Assembly (NCBI GenBank): GCA_041736305.1
Contig: JBGSTX010000014.1
Location: forward strand, 1-34,102
Direction of reading: 5' to 3'
From: Oligoflexus sp.
GTDB lineage: Bacteria; Bdellovibrionota_B; Oligoflexia; Oligoflexales; Oligoflexaceae
Length of the DNA stretch: 34,102 nt
The translations under genes and the position numbers were made by a program. Below are positions 8,364 to 17,267 of this stretch, piece after piece. The stretch's first letter is position 1; each line of letters starts with the position of its first letter. The notes beneath the pieces are model-generated. The model had not been told where the DNA came from. It worked only from the letters and a program-made list of their open reading frames with translations, and made no database searches.

Positions 8364-10151
8364 TCAGGGTTTACTCACATTCGGAATCATCTGGCTCGCC
8401 TTGGCTATCTCGCGAAATACCGGCGCGGAAAGTTCGCCAATCTTCTTCGGATCAAGATCGTGCTTATGCGAGTTTAAGAGCTCGACGACCTTGGCCGGTA
8501 ACTTCCCATCCCAGCTTCGTTTCCACTGATAGCAGGCCTTGTCTTTCGGATCACACTTGTCACTGATCGTCTTATAGCCATTGGCGTCGAGCCAAGTCTG
8601 AATGCGATTGTCGATATAGCCATGCAGTCGATAGAAGGTGGGATTGGTATGCGAAGTGTAGGTGCCGGCCAGACTGTTGTTGCTGGGGTGGCTGAATTCG
8701 GGATATTTGCCCGGATTGCTCAAGATTTCCTGCATGGTCGGTGAATAAGAGGTGTACCACTGCGTGGGATGAGCCCAGGTCGTGTGCATGAGGTTGTGCA
8801 TCCCTTCCTCAAGCCAAATTCCATACTGACTCAGGCTCATATTCTTTAGCCTCGCGGGATCAATAGCTTGCCTGTGCATATTGCTGAGATCATTATAGAC
8901 CGCATCATAGAAAGGGCGGAGATTAGGGTCGGAGTAACCGGGGACAGGAAAGAGAGGGTCGTTAGGAGCCGGTGGCTGTACCCAGGCTTCATACATATCT
9001 GACCCGAGCGCGACGCGGAGGGCCGTGACCATATTGTGATGCATGTGGAGAAATTCCTCGCCACTGGCTGCGCGACTGCCGGTCCCTCCCGTATCCAAAT
9101 CCCATTCGGCACCTAACTTGTCACGAATCTCCTTTTTCTCTTCGGGAGAGAAATAGGGCCATCCGTTGCGAACGCCGTGCCAGAGAAAATGCCATGAACG
9201 AGCTTCTGGGCTGGCCACAAGATCAGTCATTTTTTGATCACGAGCATCGAGTTTGATAGGGTCTGGAATATAAATTTGGTAGTTGAGCTCTAGCGGCTGG
9301 ATTTTGATCGCCGTGAGAGTCAGCTGGCACTGAACCGTGGGACTATACAGCGGGCTAAGGGTATTGGGCAGGATTCCCAGACGAATTCCATTGATGCTCT
9401 TGAGGGGTTCCGTCAAGAGAAAGCGCGAGCCGCCGATCACCGACCCGCCAAAAGCTGGAGCGGGCTTCCCGCCGATGAGTTTTGAAATAGATAGTACATC
9501 GATAAAAGCTGGACAGATGCCCTGACCATCGCTGGTACGTGCAAAGACGCTGATGAGATTTACATCAGCAGGCCATTCCTGGCCGCGAATCTCTATTTCG
9601 GACTGATCACTGCCGACCGTGACTTGTAAATTCTCGAAAGCTGTACCGTTGGTAGGCGCTGCATTAGGGGGCACATCGCTCGGCAAGGCGCCAGCGGCAA
9701 AAGGTAGAAATCTCAACCAAACGCTACCGATTTCAGCAGCGCTAGCTTCCTGCTTGCGAGCTTCATTACCGGTAGTTAAAAAAGCAGCGTCCTGAATCTG
9801 GGCCATGGTGTCTGCCAGACTCGCTTCTTCGTAGGCCGAGAGAGCCTCAGTTCGATACGCCTGCTTAAAATATTTTAGGAGTGCAGCTCTAAAAGCTTCG
9901 GGCTTAACCCCAGAGCTTAGCTGTTCACGGCATTTCGACCTGGCAGACCTGATGTTTTCTTGTGCAGGGTCTGCCGCGAGACGCGACGAGCACGTAGCGG
10001 TTTTAATGAGACCGTTTTCTTGAAAGTAAATCCGCCGGATGCCGTCAGCTTGGCTAACAACCAAATCCTTTGTTCCCGCTTTGTCATTGGATTTGCAGGC
10101 AGTAAAGAGGAGCAACGCTCCCATTCCCGCCAAGGCCTTTTTCATGCCCAT
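8364..10151 (-). CDS. Lipoprotein with C-terminal PvdP-like tyrosinase (type-3 dicopper) domain
   Basis: Lipobox FTA-C; His motifs WHFLWH (H321/H325), FLHMH (H371), MHNLMH (H452/H456), NPTFYRLHGYID (H510). Confidence 0.75.
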   Translation of the reverse strand: MGMKKALAGMGALLLFTACKSNDKAGTKDLVVSQADGIRRIYFQENGLIKTATCSSRLAADPAQENIRSARSKCREQLSSGVKPEAFRAALLKYFKQAYRTEALSAYEEASLADTMAQIQDAAFLTTGNEARKQEASAAEIGSVWLRFLPFAAGALPSDVPPNAAPTNGTAFENLQVTVGSDQSEIEIRGQEWPADVNLISVFARTSDGQGICPAFIDVLSISKLIGGKPAPAFGGSVIGGSRFLLTEPLKSINGIRLGILPNTLSPLYSPTVQCQLTLTAIKIQPLELNYQIYIPDPIKLDARDQKMTDLVASPEARSWHFLWHGVRNGWPYFSPEEKKEIRDKLGAEWDLDTGGTGSRAASGEEFLHMHHNMVTALRVALGSDMYEAWVQPPAPNDPLFPVPGYSDPNLRPFYDAVYNDLSNMHRQAIDPARLKNMSLSQYGIWLEEGMHNLMHTTWAHPTQWYTSYSPTMQEILSNPGKYPEFSHPSNNSLAGTYTSHTNPTFYRLHGYIDNRIQTWLDANGYKTISDKCDPKDKACYQWKRSWDGKLPAKVVELLNSHKHDLDPKKIGELSAPVFREIAKASQMIPNVSKP

Positions 10152-10243
10152 CGTAGTCCTCGCAGATGTGATAAATCTCTGGAAATTGATCTATCATACC
10201 GCAAAAATCAGGGAATGTGGGCAAAGAGTTTACACCTAGATTA

Positions 10244-11335
10244 TCACTGTAAAATCATCAGACCGAAATCGTTGGTGAGAGTATGTTCACCGGACTTCAC
10301 GAGCGGGGTGTCGACTATGCTGGTCCATGCTTCGAGGCCGCCCTTAGCATAGATGTCGCCGAAGGCGGCGGGAAGGACTTGAAAGAGAGGAAAATCCTTC
10401 ACTGTGACGCCTAGTTCGTAGGTATTAGTCGAGACTCCGACTATAGTCACTTTAGCTGTGCTCTGACCGTAGGAAAGAACGTCTCGCATCATAGCATCTT
10501 GAGCGCTAAGCAAGGCCGCAAATCCGCTTTTGTAGGGAGTAACGAGCGTCGATTCGAGGTCTTGGTTATTGATTCGCAGACCAATGCCCTCGACGACTAA
10601 TCCTTCTTCAAAAATTACGCGTTTGATGCTGCGCGTCTGATAGTATTCCCGCTCAAATTTGAGGTTGAGGCTCAGTGGATCATTCGTCGGGTTGGCCTTC
10701 ACTTTGAGCTTGTAATTGATGATTTTCAGTGTTTTGCCCTGACTGTCCTGGCCGAGGATAGTCAATTTATAGTTGCCGATAAGGAGCGAACCAAGGAAGT
10801 CTATCAAGCTTTCGACTAATCCGCTTTCGGCTGCTACGAGCTGGCCTCTAGCATCCGTAAGTATATACTGATAGTTCACAGCGCCAGGCACATCCGGGAA
10901 ATCGAGGATTTGCTTATCTTTGCTCAAGACCATTTCAGTAGCCTCAGGGCCCTGAAAACTGAATGGCTGGATCTTTACTTCAAGCATCTTACCTTCAGCG
11001 CTATAGTAAGTCGTCTCCATGCAGAGAGCTTTACCGTATGAATTTGAGGGTAGAGAGAATTCGGGCTTATCTTGGATGCCTAAGTCAGCAACTTCCTTGT
11101 CACAAGAAGCATCGAGGATGCGCACACCGTACTTAGTTGCACCTGCTACCGAGTTGGGGCGTAGTACACCGGATTCATCGGTCAATATTTCGACTGACGA
11201 TGAAACTTCGGGTATTACCGGCGGAATAGTCGCGGAAACCGGCTTACCGTAAGTTTTGATTTTAAGGTTGTCACGACAAGCGACGCTTAGGAGGCAAAGG
11301 CTAATGGCTACGAGTATGCGCACGGTACACCTCAT
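10244..11335 (-). CDS. Hypothetical beta-rich lipoprotein with two FN3-like repeats
   Basis: Long ORF; ATG 11335 gives signal MRCTVRILVAISLCLLSVA-C; repeats NSVAGATKYGVRILDAS and PDVPGAVNYQYILTDAR. Confidence 0.7.
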   Translation of the reverse strand: MRCTVRILVAISLCLLSVACRDNLKIKTYGKPVSATIPPVIPEVSSSVEILTDESGVLRPNSVAGATKYGVRILDASCDKEVADLGIQDKPEFSLPSNSYGKALCMETTYYSAEGKMLEVKIQPFSFQGPEATEMVLSKDKQILDFPDVPGAVNYQYILTDARGQLVAAESGLVESLIDFLGSLLIGNYKLTILGQDSQGKTLKIINYKLKVKANPTNDPLSLNLKFEREYYQTRSIKRVIFEEGLVVEGIGLRINNQDLESTLVTPYKSGFAALLSAQDAMMRDVLSYGQSTAKVTIVGVSTNTYELGVTVKDFPLFQVLPAAFGDIYAKGGLEAWTSIVDTPLVKSGEHTLTNDFGLMILQ

Positions 11336-11489
11336 TGATAGAGATAAGTACGGCACATCTCGCAAAACATTTAGGACAAGAGTAAAATCTCTATATTATT
11401 CAGGTATAACAGTATCTTATAAAGGTATCTGGAAGCCTAATATAGTCGCTGCTAGGGAGGCTGAGCGCAAAAATCAGGCCTCTAGGTGT

Positions 11490-12518
11490 CTAGCTAAGTG
11501 GGATCTCAAGGGACCGGAGCTGCTCGCCACTCTGGGGTGAATGAGCTGAAAAAACAATCTCCTTGAGGCGAGTCTTGCCCTGGGTCTCCCAATTCAGCTT
11601 GAGTAAGCCGAAGTTTGTTTCCGCAATCTGCTCCCCTATTCGGTAAGGATTAGAATTCGTCAGCTCAGCTTTGTGGGTAAGCCCACTCGCTGTCAGCTCG
11701 AAAATATTCCGACCATTGTCTAGTTGATGTTGAGAGACCTCAGAGAGGTGGCGGTCTCCACTGAGTATCACTAGTGGGACGGGGCTGCTCGCCAGTAGTT
11801 GCAGCATTCTCTGCTGTGCTTCGGGGAAGATAGCCCAGGTCTCTCGTCCCGTAAAGTCGGTCAGCAGTTGAATGCTGGTGACGAGCAGTTTCAGCTGGGG
11901 GCCCGGTCGTTTGATTTCTGCTTCGAGCCATTGCCATTGTACTTTGCCCAGAGGATCAGCGGTACGGCCGGCTTTTGGCTTAAAATAACGCATATCCAAC
12001 AAAATTAGCTGAACGGATTGATCCGGGGAACCGATCACATTAGAGTCGTAAATTCCAGCTCTCTGACGGCGCAGAGTATCTTCAGGTTCGCCGATGAAGT
12101 CGAGATAAGCTTTCTTACTCGCTTCCTTCAAAGGATAGTCAGCTCCGACATCATTCGCCGCATAGTCATGATCGTCCCAGGTTCCAAAAATCAAACTCTT
12201 ACTGCTGAAGCGTTGATAGTAAGAGTTATGGAGAAGCTGACGATAGATCAGGCTACGCTCCTGCGGCGAGCTGCCATCAGCATAGACGGCATCGCCCATC
12301 CAAAGCCAGGCTTGAGGGTCTTTCACACCAATTGTCTGCCAATGATTTTGGAGCTGATCATGCTTGTTGCAGGAGCCAAAAGCTAAGCGTTCGAGCATTT
12401 GCGGGGCGATTTTTTCTTTATCATCGCTGCAAGCTAGGTGGCTATATCCAGAACCTAAAGTACAAGTAGTCAACGCGTAAAGCGTCGACCTACAGAATTG
12501 CCGGCGCGTTGCAGCCAC
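11490..12518 (-). CDS. phoD: Alkaline phosphatase D family protein, Tat-exported lipoprotein
   Basis: LAFGSC, WMGDAVYAD, TWDDHDY, LLDMRY, SGDRH, ELTASGL motifs; GGAGG before GTG 12518; TRRQF twin-Arg and HLA-C lipobox. Confidence 0.88.
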   Translation of the reverse strand: MAATRRQFCRSTLYALTTCTLGSGYSHLACSDDKEKIAPQMLERLAFGSCNKHDQLQNHWQTIGVKDPQAWLWMGDAVYADGSSPQERSLIYRQLLHNSYYQRFSSKSLIFGTWDDHDYAANDVGADYPLKEASKKAYLDFIGEPEDTLRRQRAGIYDSNVIGSPDQSVQLILLDMRYFKPKAGRTADPLGKVQWQWLEAEIKRPGPQLKLLVTSIQLLTDFTGRETWAIFPEAQQRMLQLLASSPVPLVILSGDRHLSEVSQHQLDNGRNIFELTASGLTHKAELTNSNPYRIGEQIAETNFGLLKLNWETQGKTRLKEIVFSAHSPQSGEQLRSLEIPLS

Positions 12519-12718
12519 GCAGCCTCCCTCTGATAGCAGCTGGGTCAAGAGCTGTGAATTTTTTTTGGGGTGTTATTAAATTATGGACGAGAAAGAGCTG
12601 CAGGGCAAGGGGGCCATCCCTTTGTTGAGACTGAAAAGAGCTCCATGGGGGGCTTTTGGTCCAAATGCAGCTGATTATGAATCTTTCCTCAGAATCGGCG
12701 GATTCTACGCAGCGAATC

Positions 12719-12745
12719 TTAATATAAAACAAGTCCGGCCGATAA
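12719..12745 (+). promoter_or_regulatory. Sigma28 (FliA)-type promoter of the che operon
   Basis: TTAA-N15-GCCGATAA; the -10 element (12738-12745) is a perfect consensus match, 55 nt upstream of cheA. Confidence 0.7.
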
Positions 12746-12800
12746 CTGGTAAGCAGCCTGGTGCAGTTTACGCCGGGCCAAAGCAAAAGGCGGAGGGGCC

Positions 12801-14516
12801 GTGCAATCCGAATTCGTCCAAATCTTCCTCGACGAGGCTCAGGATGTTCTCACTGAATGGGAACGCCATTGCCTAGCTATGCACACTCAGCCAAATCCGG
12901 CATCCTGCGATGCGCTTTTTCGCTCGGCTCACAACCTCAAAGGTAGCGCTCGCTCGGTAGGTCTTGATGCATTTGCGAGACTGATCCATAAGGCTGAAGA
13001 TCTCATCACTTTAGTTCGTAGCGGTACTAGCACTTATTCGGACTCAATCAATCAAGTACTCCTCCAAACCCAGTCAGTTCTAGTCCAGTGGCGCGATCAG
13101 CTTCTTATCGATACAGATTACGTACCGGCAGAAGCGCTGCAAGGTCTGGAAGCAGACCTGCTCCGCCTTAGCCAAAACGCTTCTGGAACGGGAGCGACTA
13201 GTAGCTCTGATAGCAGTGAAAAGAGCGAAGCTTTCGGCTTTTTCGAAACTCCCGCACCGCAGATTCCCAAAGTCAAGGTGGAGACACCCAAGCCTCAGGC
13301 TAAGGCCGTGGCTACTAACTCTCATGATACCCTTCGCGTTGCCAGCGTAAAAATAGATGCTTTGATGCAGCTGGTAGGGGAGTTGTCGACCCAACAAGCG
13401 ACCATTTCCCATTATCTTAAAAATGGTCAGATGCAGGAGCAAGTTTGCCGCAATGCGGTGCAGATCGCGGCGAAAATTACCCGGGAATTGCAGCTGCAGA
13501 CTATGGGCCTCAGGCTTGTGGATATGACGCGGATGTTTCAGCGTCTAGAACGTACAGCCCGCGAGTTGGCAGTGGCCCAGAACAAAAAGATAGAGATCGA
13601 AATCGAAGGTGGGGAAGTTGAATTAGATAAGGCGGTCCTCGATCAGATCCTCGACGCTATGGTCCATATGGTGCGCAATTCGGTGGATCACGGAATCGAG
13701 AATCAGGGCGAGCGAGGCAATAAGTCCGAAGTGGCTCGAGTTCGCTTCGCGGCGTCGCAGGTTTCAGCTGGAATTCTAATTGAAATCACCGACGACGGCC
13801 GCGGCATCGATGCACCGAGGGTTAGGAAAAAAGCGATCGAACTCGGGCTTGTAGCCGCCGATGCAGAGCTCAGTGAAGAAAAAATATACGACTTCCTCTT
13901 CTATCCAGGGTTCTCTACAGCCAAAGAAATCACGGAAGTGTCTGGACGCGGTGTTGGCCTCGATGTTGTGAGACAAACTATTGATGTACTGGGTGGCTCG
14001 CTGCGGGTCAGCAGTGTTCTCGGCCAAGGAACTAGCTTTCATATCACCCTACCGGTCAACGTCAGCATCGTCGACTCGCTCGTCATACTTGTGGATCAAG
14101 AGCACTACGTGGTGCCAATCCAGGAAATTTCTGAGGTCATCGATGTCAAAGCTCATAAAATTGAAACAAGGCACGCTGATGCCGTAACCATTGAGCTACG
14201 CAAGAAGGCTTTAACGATCCGACATCTCAGCTCCTGTCTGCCACTCCGGACGGGCAAAGGGAACCAACCGCGCAAAGCAGCCCAAGGCGAAGCCGCTCCA
14301 GCCATGATTATCGAGATCAATGGCCGTCGAGTGGGTTTTGAATTCGATAGAGTCGTGGGACAACATCCCATTATGATCCGCAAACTCAGCCCCTATTTGG
14401 CCGATCTTCCGGGCTTTGCCGGGAGTACGATACTAGCAAGTGGCGAACCAGCCGTCATTCTCAGCCCCAAAGTATTCGCAAGTCGATACCTTTCCCTGAA
14501 GGAGCCAAGTGCATGA
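12801..14516 (+). CDS. cheA: Chemotaxis histidine kinase CheA (Hpt, dimerisation, HATPase, CheW; no evident P2)
   Basis: LFRSAHNLKG, LMQLVGEL, HMVRNSVDHGIE, DDGRGID, PGFSTA, SGRGVGLDVV. Confidence 0.95.
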   Translation: MQSEFVQIFLDEAQDVLTEWERHCLAMHTQPNPASCDALFRSAHNLKGSARSVGLDAFARLIHKAEDLITLVRSGTSTYSDSINQVLLQTQSVLVQWRDQLLIDTDYVPAEALQGLEADLLRLSQNASGTGATSSSDSSEKSEAFGFFETPAPQIPKVKVETPKPQAKAVATNSHDTLRVASVKIDALMQLVGELSTQQATISHYLKNGQMQEQVCRNAVQIAAKITRELQLQTMGLRLVDMTRMFQRLERTARELAVAQNKKIEIEIEGGEVELDKAVLDQILDAMVHMVRNSVDHGIENQGERGNKSEVARVRFAASQVSAGILIEITDDGRGIDAPRVRKKAIELGLVAADAELSEEKIYDFLFYPGFSTAKEITEVSGRGVGLDVVRQTIDVLGGSLRVSSVLGQGTSFHITLPVNVSIVDSLVILVDQEHYVVPIQEISEVIDVKAHKIETRHADAVTIELRKKALTIRHLSSCLPLRTGKGNQPRKAAQGEAAPAMIIEINGRRVGFEFDRVVGQHPIMIRKLSPYLADLPGFAGSTILASGEPAVILSPKVFASRYLSLKEPSA

Positions 14517-15004
14517 ACGAACGCAACGAAGATGGTAACGATCAAGACCGTTACCTCCTTTTCACTCTCGGTCAGGACCTCTATGGAACCCCTCTCATGG
14601 GCGTGCGAGAAGTCGTCGAGTATCAGAAGGCCAAACCGATACCCCATACGGTTAAAGCCTTTTTGGGAGTGATCAATATTCGCGGCGAGATCATCGGCGT
14701 GCTCGATCTCAGGGCGCGTTTTCAATACCAGCTCGAAGAAAATCGGGAGGTCGCCATGATGGTCTTCGGTACCGAAAACGGGACCCTGGCTGCCGTTGCC
14801 GATCGAATGGAAGGCGTTGTAAAGATTCCAAAAGACGCGATAGATCCAACTCCCCGCGTCGAAAACCGTCTGCCACCGGCCTACCTCTTGGGTATAGGCC
14901 GCTGTCGCGATCGCCTCGTGACGCTGATCGATTTGCCAAAAATTCTGGAACGCGAGGAAATAGGTTCAATCAGCGGAAGTAACGGGCTTAGGGCAGCTAG
15001 CTAG
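14513..15004 (+). CDS. cheW: Chemotaxis coupling protein CheW
   Basis: [36 protein letters not shown] overlap with cheA. Confidence 0.95.
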   Translation: MNERNEDGNDQDRYLLFTLGQDLYGTPLMGVREVVEYQKAKPIPHTVKAFLGVINIRGEIIGVLDLRARFQYQLEENREVAMMVFGTENGTLAAVADRMEGVVKIPKDAIDPTPRVENRLPPAYLLGIGRCRDRLVTLIDLPKILEREEIGSISGSNGLRAAS

Positions 15005-15044
15005 ATTCTACAAGAAAATTAACTGTACGTTCTCGGAGGATTCC

Positions 15045-17243
15045 ATGGGCCTGTTTTCGAAAAGACTCTCGATGCGCACGAAGATACTGATGGCGAATTT
15101 TGCAATGATTCTGACGCTGACGACCCATGGCGCATTTGAGATGAAGGTGGCTGCTGATAATGCCGCCAGTCGCGTGCTCACGGAGTTTGAGAGCTATTCT
15201 GACCAAATTGGCGAGGCTATCGCGAGTCAGTTTTTTGAACGCTATGGGGACGTTCAAGCCTTTGTCCTCAACCCGATTCTGCAGCAAGAAGACAAGGCAG
15301 CAATAATTGAAGTTTTAGATCGCTATGCTGCCCTCTACGGGATCTATGACGTTATTATTCTCGTCGACAGCGAGGGGCGTTTTGTCGCTAGCAATAGTCT
15401 TTCCCCAGCCGGGAAGCCTATTGACACCGAACGAATGAAAAATATGGATTACTCGGCAGCACCCTGGTTTCGGACGGTCATGAACGCTAGTTTCACTGAG
15501 GATAAGGGCCGTGGATTCAGCGGAACTTTCTTTGAAGATGCACAGATCGATCCTATCAGCTCTGCAGCATATGGAAGCTCCTATTATGGAAACAGCTTTT
15601 CAGCAGCTGTAAAAGACAAAGATGGTAAAGTCATCGGCGTCTTGAGCAATCGAGCAAATTTTTCATGGGTCGAAGGCGAATTCAAGACAATCAGCAAGGC
15701 ACTTAGCGGGCTGGGACTAAAGCAGGTTGAATTTACTTTGCTTAATAAGAAAGGCGAAGTTCTTTTGGATTTCGACCCATCCCGCTTAAATGGGGGGGAA
15801 TACGTCCGCGACTTCAACGTTTTGCTTAAATATAACTTGGCAGATGCGGGTCTCCATGCAGCCAAAGAATTGGTGAATGGCCGTTCGGGTCATGCTTTTG
15901 AGATACATAAACGGAAAAACGTCGAGCAGGCGATCGGATATTCCTTTATCGACTCGCAAAAGTGGATTCCAAGTATTGGCTGGGGCGTGATGATTCGGGA
16001 TGTGCCTTCTGAATTGCTTGGCGACGTCATAGATATGCAAAGAACCTTCTACATCGGATCCGTCGTCTCCATGCTGATCTTTATGGCTATTGGCTGGTGG
16101 ACGACTAGCAGCATGAGTCGCCAGTTCATGGCTGTATCCGACAAGCTACGTGAAGCGGCCGAGATGACTACAAAGACCGCTGAGCGCCTCACCGAATCGT
16201 CGCATACGGTGGCTTCTTCCAGCACTGAACAATCAGCAGCTGTCCAGGAAACTGTCTCGTCTATGAGTGAAATTTCAAGCATGATCGCTCAGACGACCCA
16301 GAATACCAAGGACTGTACCGAGATCGCCGCTAGGGTGACCAACAAATCTGAGCAGGGAAATCAGGTCATGCGCCGGTTGTCTACAGCTATGGACGCTGTG
16401 CATCATGCCAATGGCCAACTGCAAAATATGGCTCATATCATCAATGAAGTCAGTGCGAAAACAATGGTCATCAACGATATCGTCTTCAAGACTCAGCTGC
16501 TCTCTATCAACGCTTCGATCGAGGCAGCACGGGCCGGTCAGCACGGTAAGGGCTTCTCGGTCGTCGCCGAAGAAGTCGGTAACCTCGCACAGATGAGCGG
16601 TAACGCTGCCAAAGAAATCCAGAATCTCATCGCCGACAGCCAAAAGCAGGTGGCGCAGATCATCGACATCACCCAGGCCCGCACCTCTGAGAGCAAGTCA
16701 GTATCGGAAGAGGCTCTCACCGCATTTACCGAAATCGCGGGTGGTATCCAGGCCATCAACGAGCGTCTGCAGGGAGTATCACAAGCGACTCGTGAGCAGG
16801 AGATCGGTATCCAGCAGATCAATATTGCTATGGGTCAAATGGATCAAACGACGCAGAAAAACAGCATGGTGGCTACTGAGGCAAATTCCCTAGCGCAGGA
16901 ACTTGTCAGACAGAGCGACCGGACCTATCGTGTTATGCGGGCCTTCAGGACTCTGGTCCTAGGTACCGAGACTGAAAAAGCTTCACTCAAAGAAGATATT
17001 ATCGATCGGATCATCGGCGATGACGATGCACACTCATCTGCAGCTGATAACGCTAAGCGGGGTAATCAAAATGAGGGCTCAACGGCTGAGAAAAGCGGCG
17101 ATCGTCTGCACTCAGCTTCGCAGAGATTATTGCAGAGGATCGGCAGTGACGCAGGTGCAGCAGGACCTGCCGTAGCTGAGCGGGGAAGTGCACCCGAAGC
17201 TGATGTGGATGCTAACGATTCAGGGTTCCGCAAAGTCGGATGA
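15045..17243 (+). CDS. Methyl-accepting chemotaxis protein with Cache-type sensor domain
   Basis: [36 protein letters not shown] hairpin tip; Cache-like periplasmic region; TM2 [26 protein letters not shown]. Confidence 0.95.
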   Translation: MGLFSKRLSMRTKILMANFAMILTLTTHGAFEMKVAADNAASRVLTEFESYSDQIGEAIASQFFERYGDVQAFVLNPILQQEDKAAIIEVLDRYAALYGIYDVIILVDSEGRFVASNSLSPAGKPIDTERMKNMDYSAAPWFRTVMNASFTEDKGRGFSGTFFEDAQIDPISSAAYGSSYYGNSFSAAVKDKDGKVIGVLSNRANFSWVEGEFKTISKALSGLGLKQVEFTLLNKKGEVLLDFDPSRLNGGEYVRDFNVLLKYNLADAGLHAAKELVNGRSGHAFEIHKRKNVEQAIGYSFIDSQKWIPSIGWGVMIRDVPSELLGDVIDMQRTFYIGSVVSMLIFMAIGWWTTSSMSRQFMAVSDKLREAAEMTTKTAERLTESSHTVASSSTEQSAAVQETVSSMSEISSMIAQTTQNTKDCTEIAARVTNKSEQGNQVMRRLSTAMDAVHHANGQLQNMAHIINEVSAKTMVINDIVFKTQLLSINASIEAARAGQHGKGFSVVAEEVGNLAQMSGNAAKEIQNLIADSQKQVAQIIDITQARTSESKSVSEEALTAFTEIAGGIQAINERLQGVSQATREQEIGIQQINIAMGQMDQTTQKNSMVATEANSLAQELVRQSDRTYRVMRAFRTLVLGTETEKASLKEDIIDRIIGDDDAHSSAADNAKRGNQNEGSTAEKSGDRLHSASQRLLQRIGSDAGAAGPAVAERGSAPEADVDANDSGFRKVG

Positions 17244-17267
17244 TCAGCGAAGAAGGGGCCCTGACGC

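Noticed and set aside
12583..12876. 97-aa ORF before cheA as a possible cheY
   Set aside because: No receiver motifs; overlaps the sigma28 promoter and the cheA start
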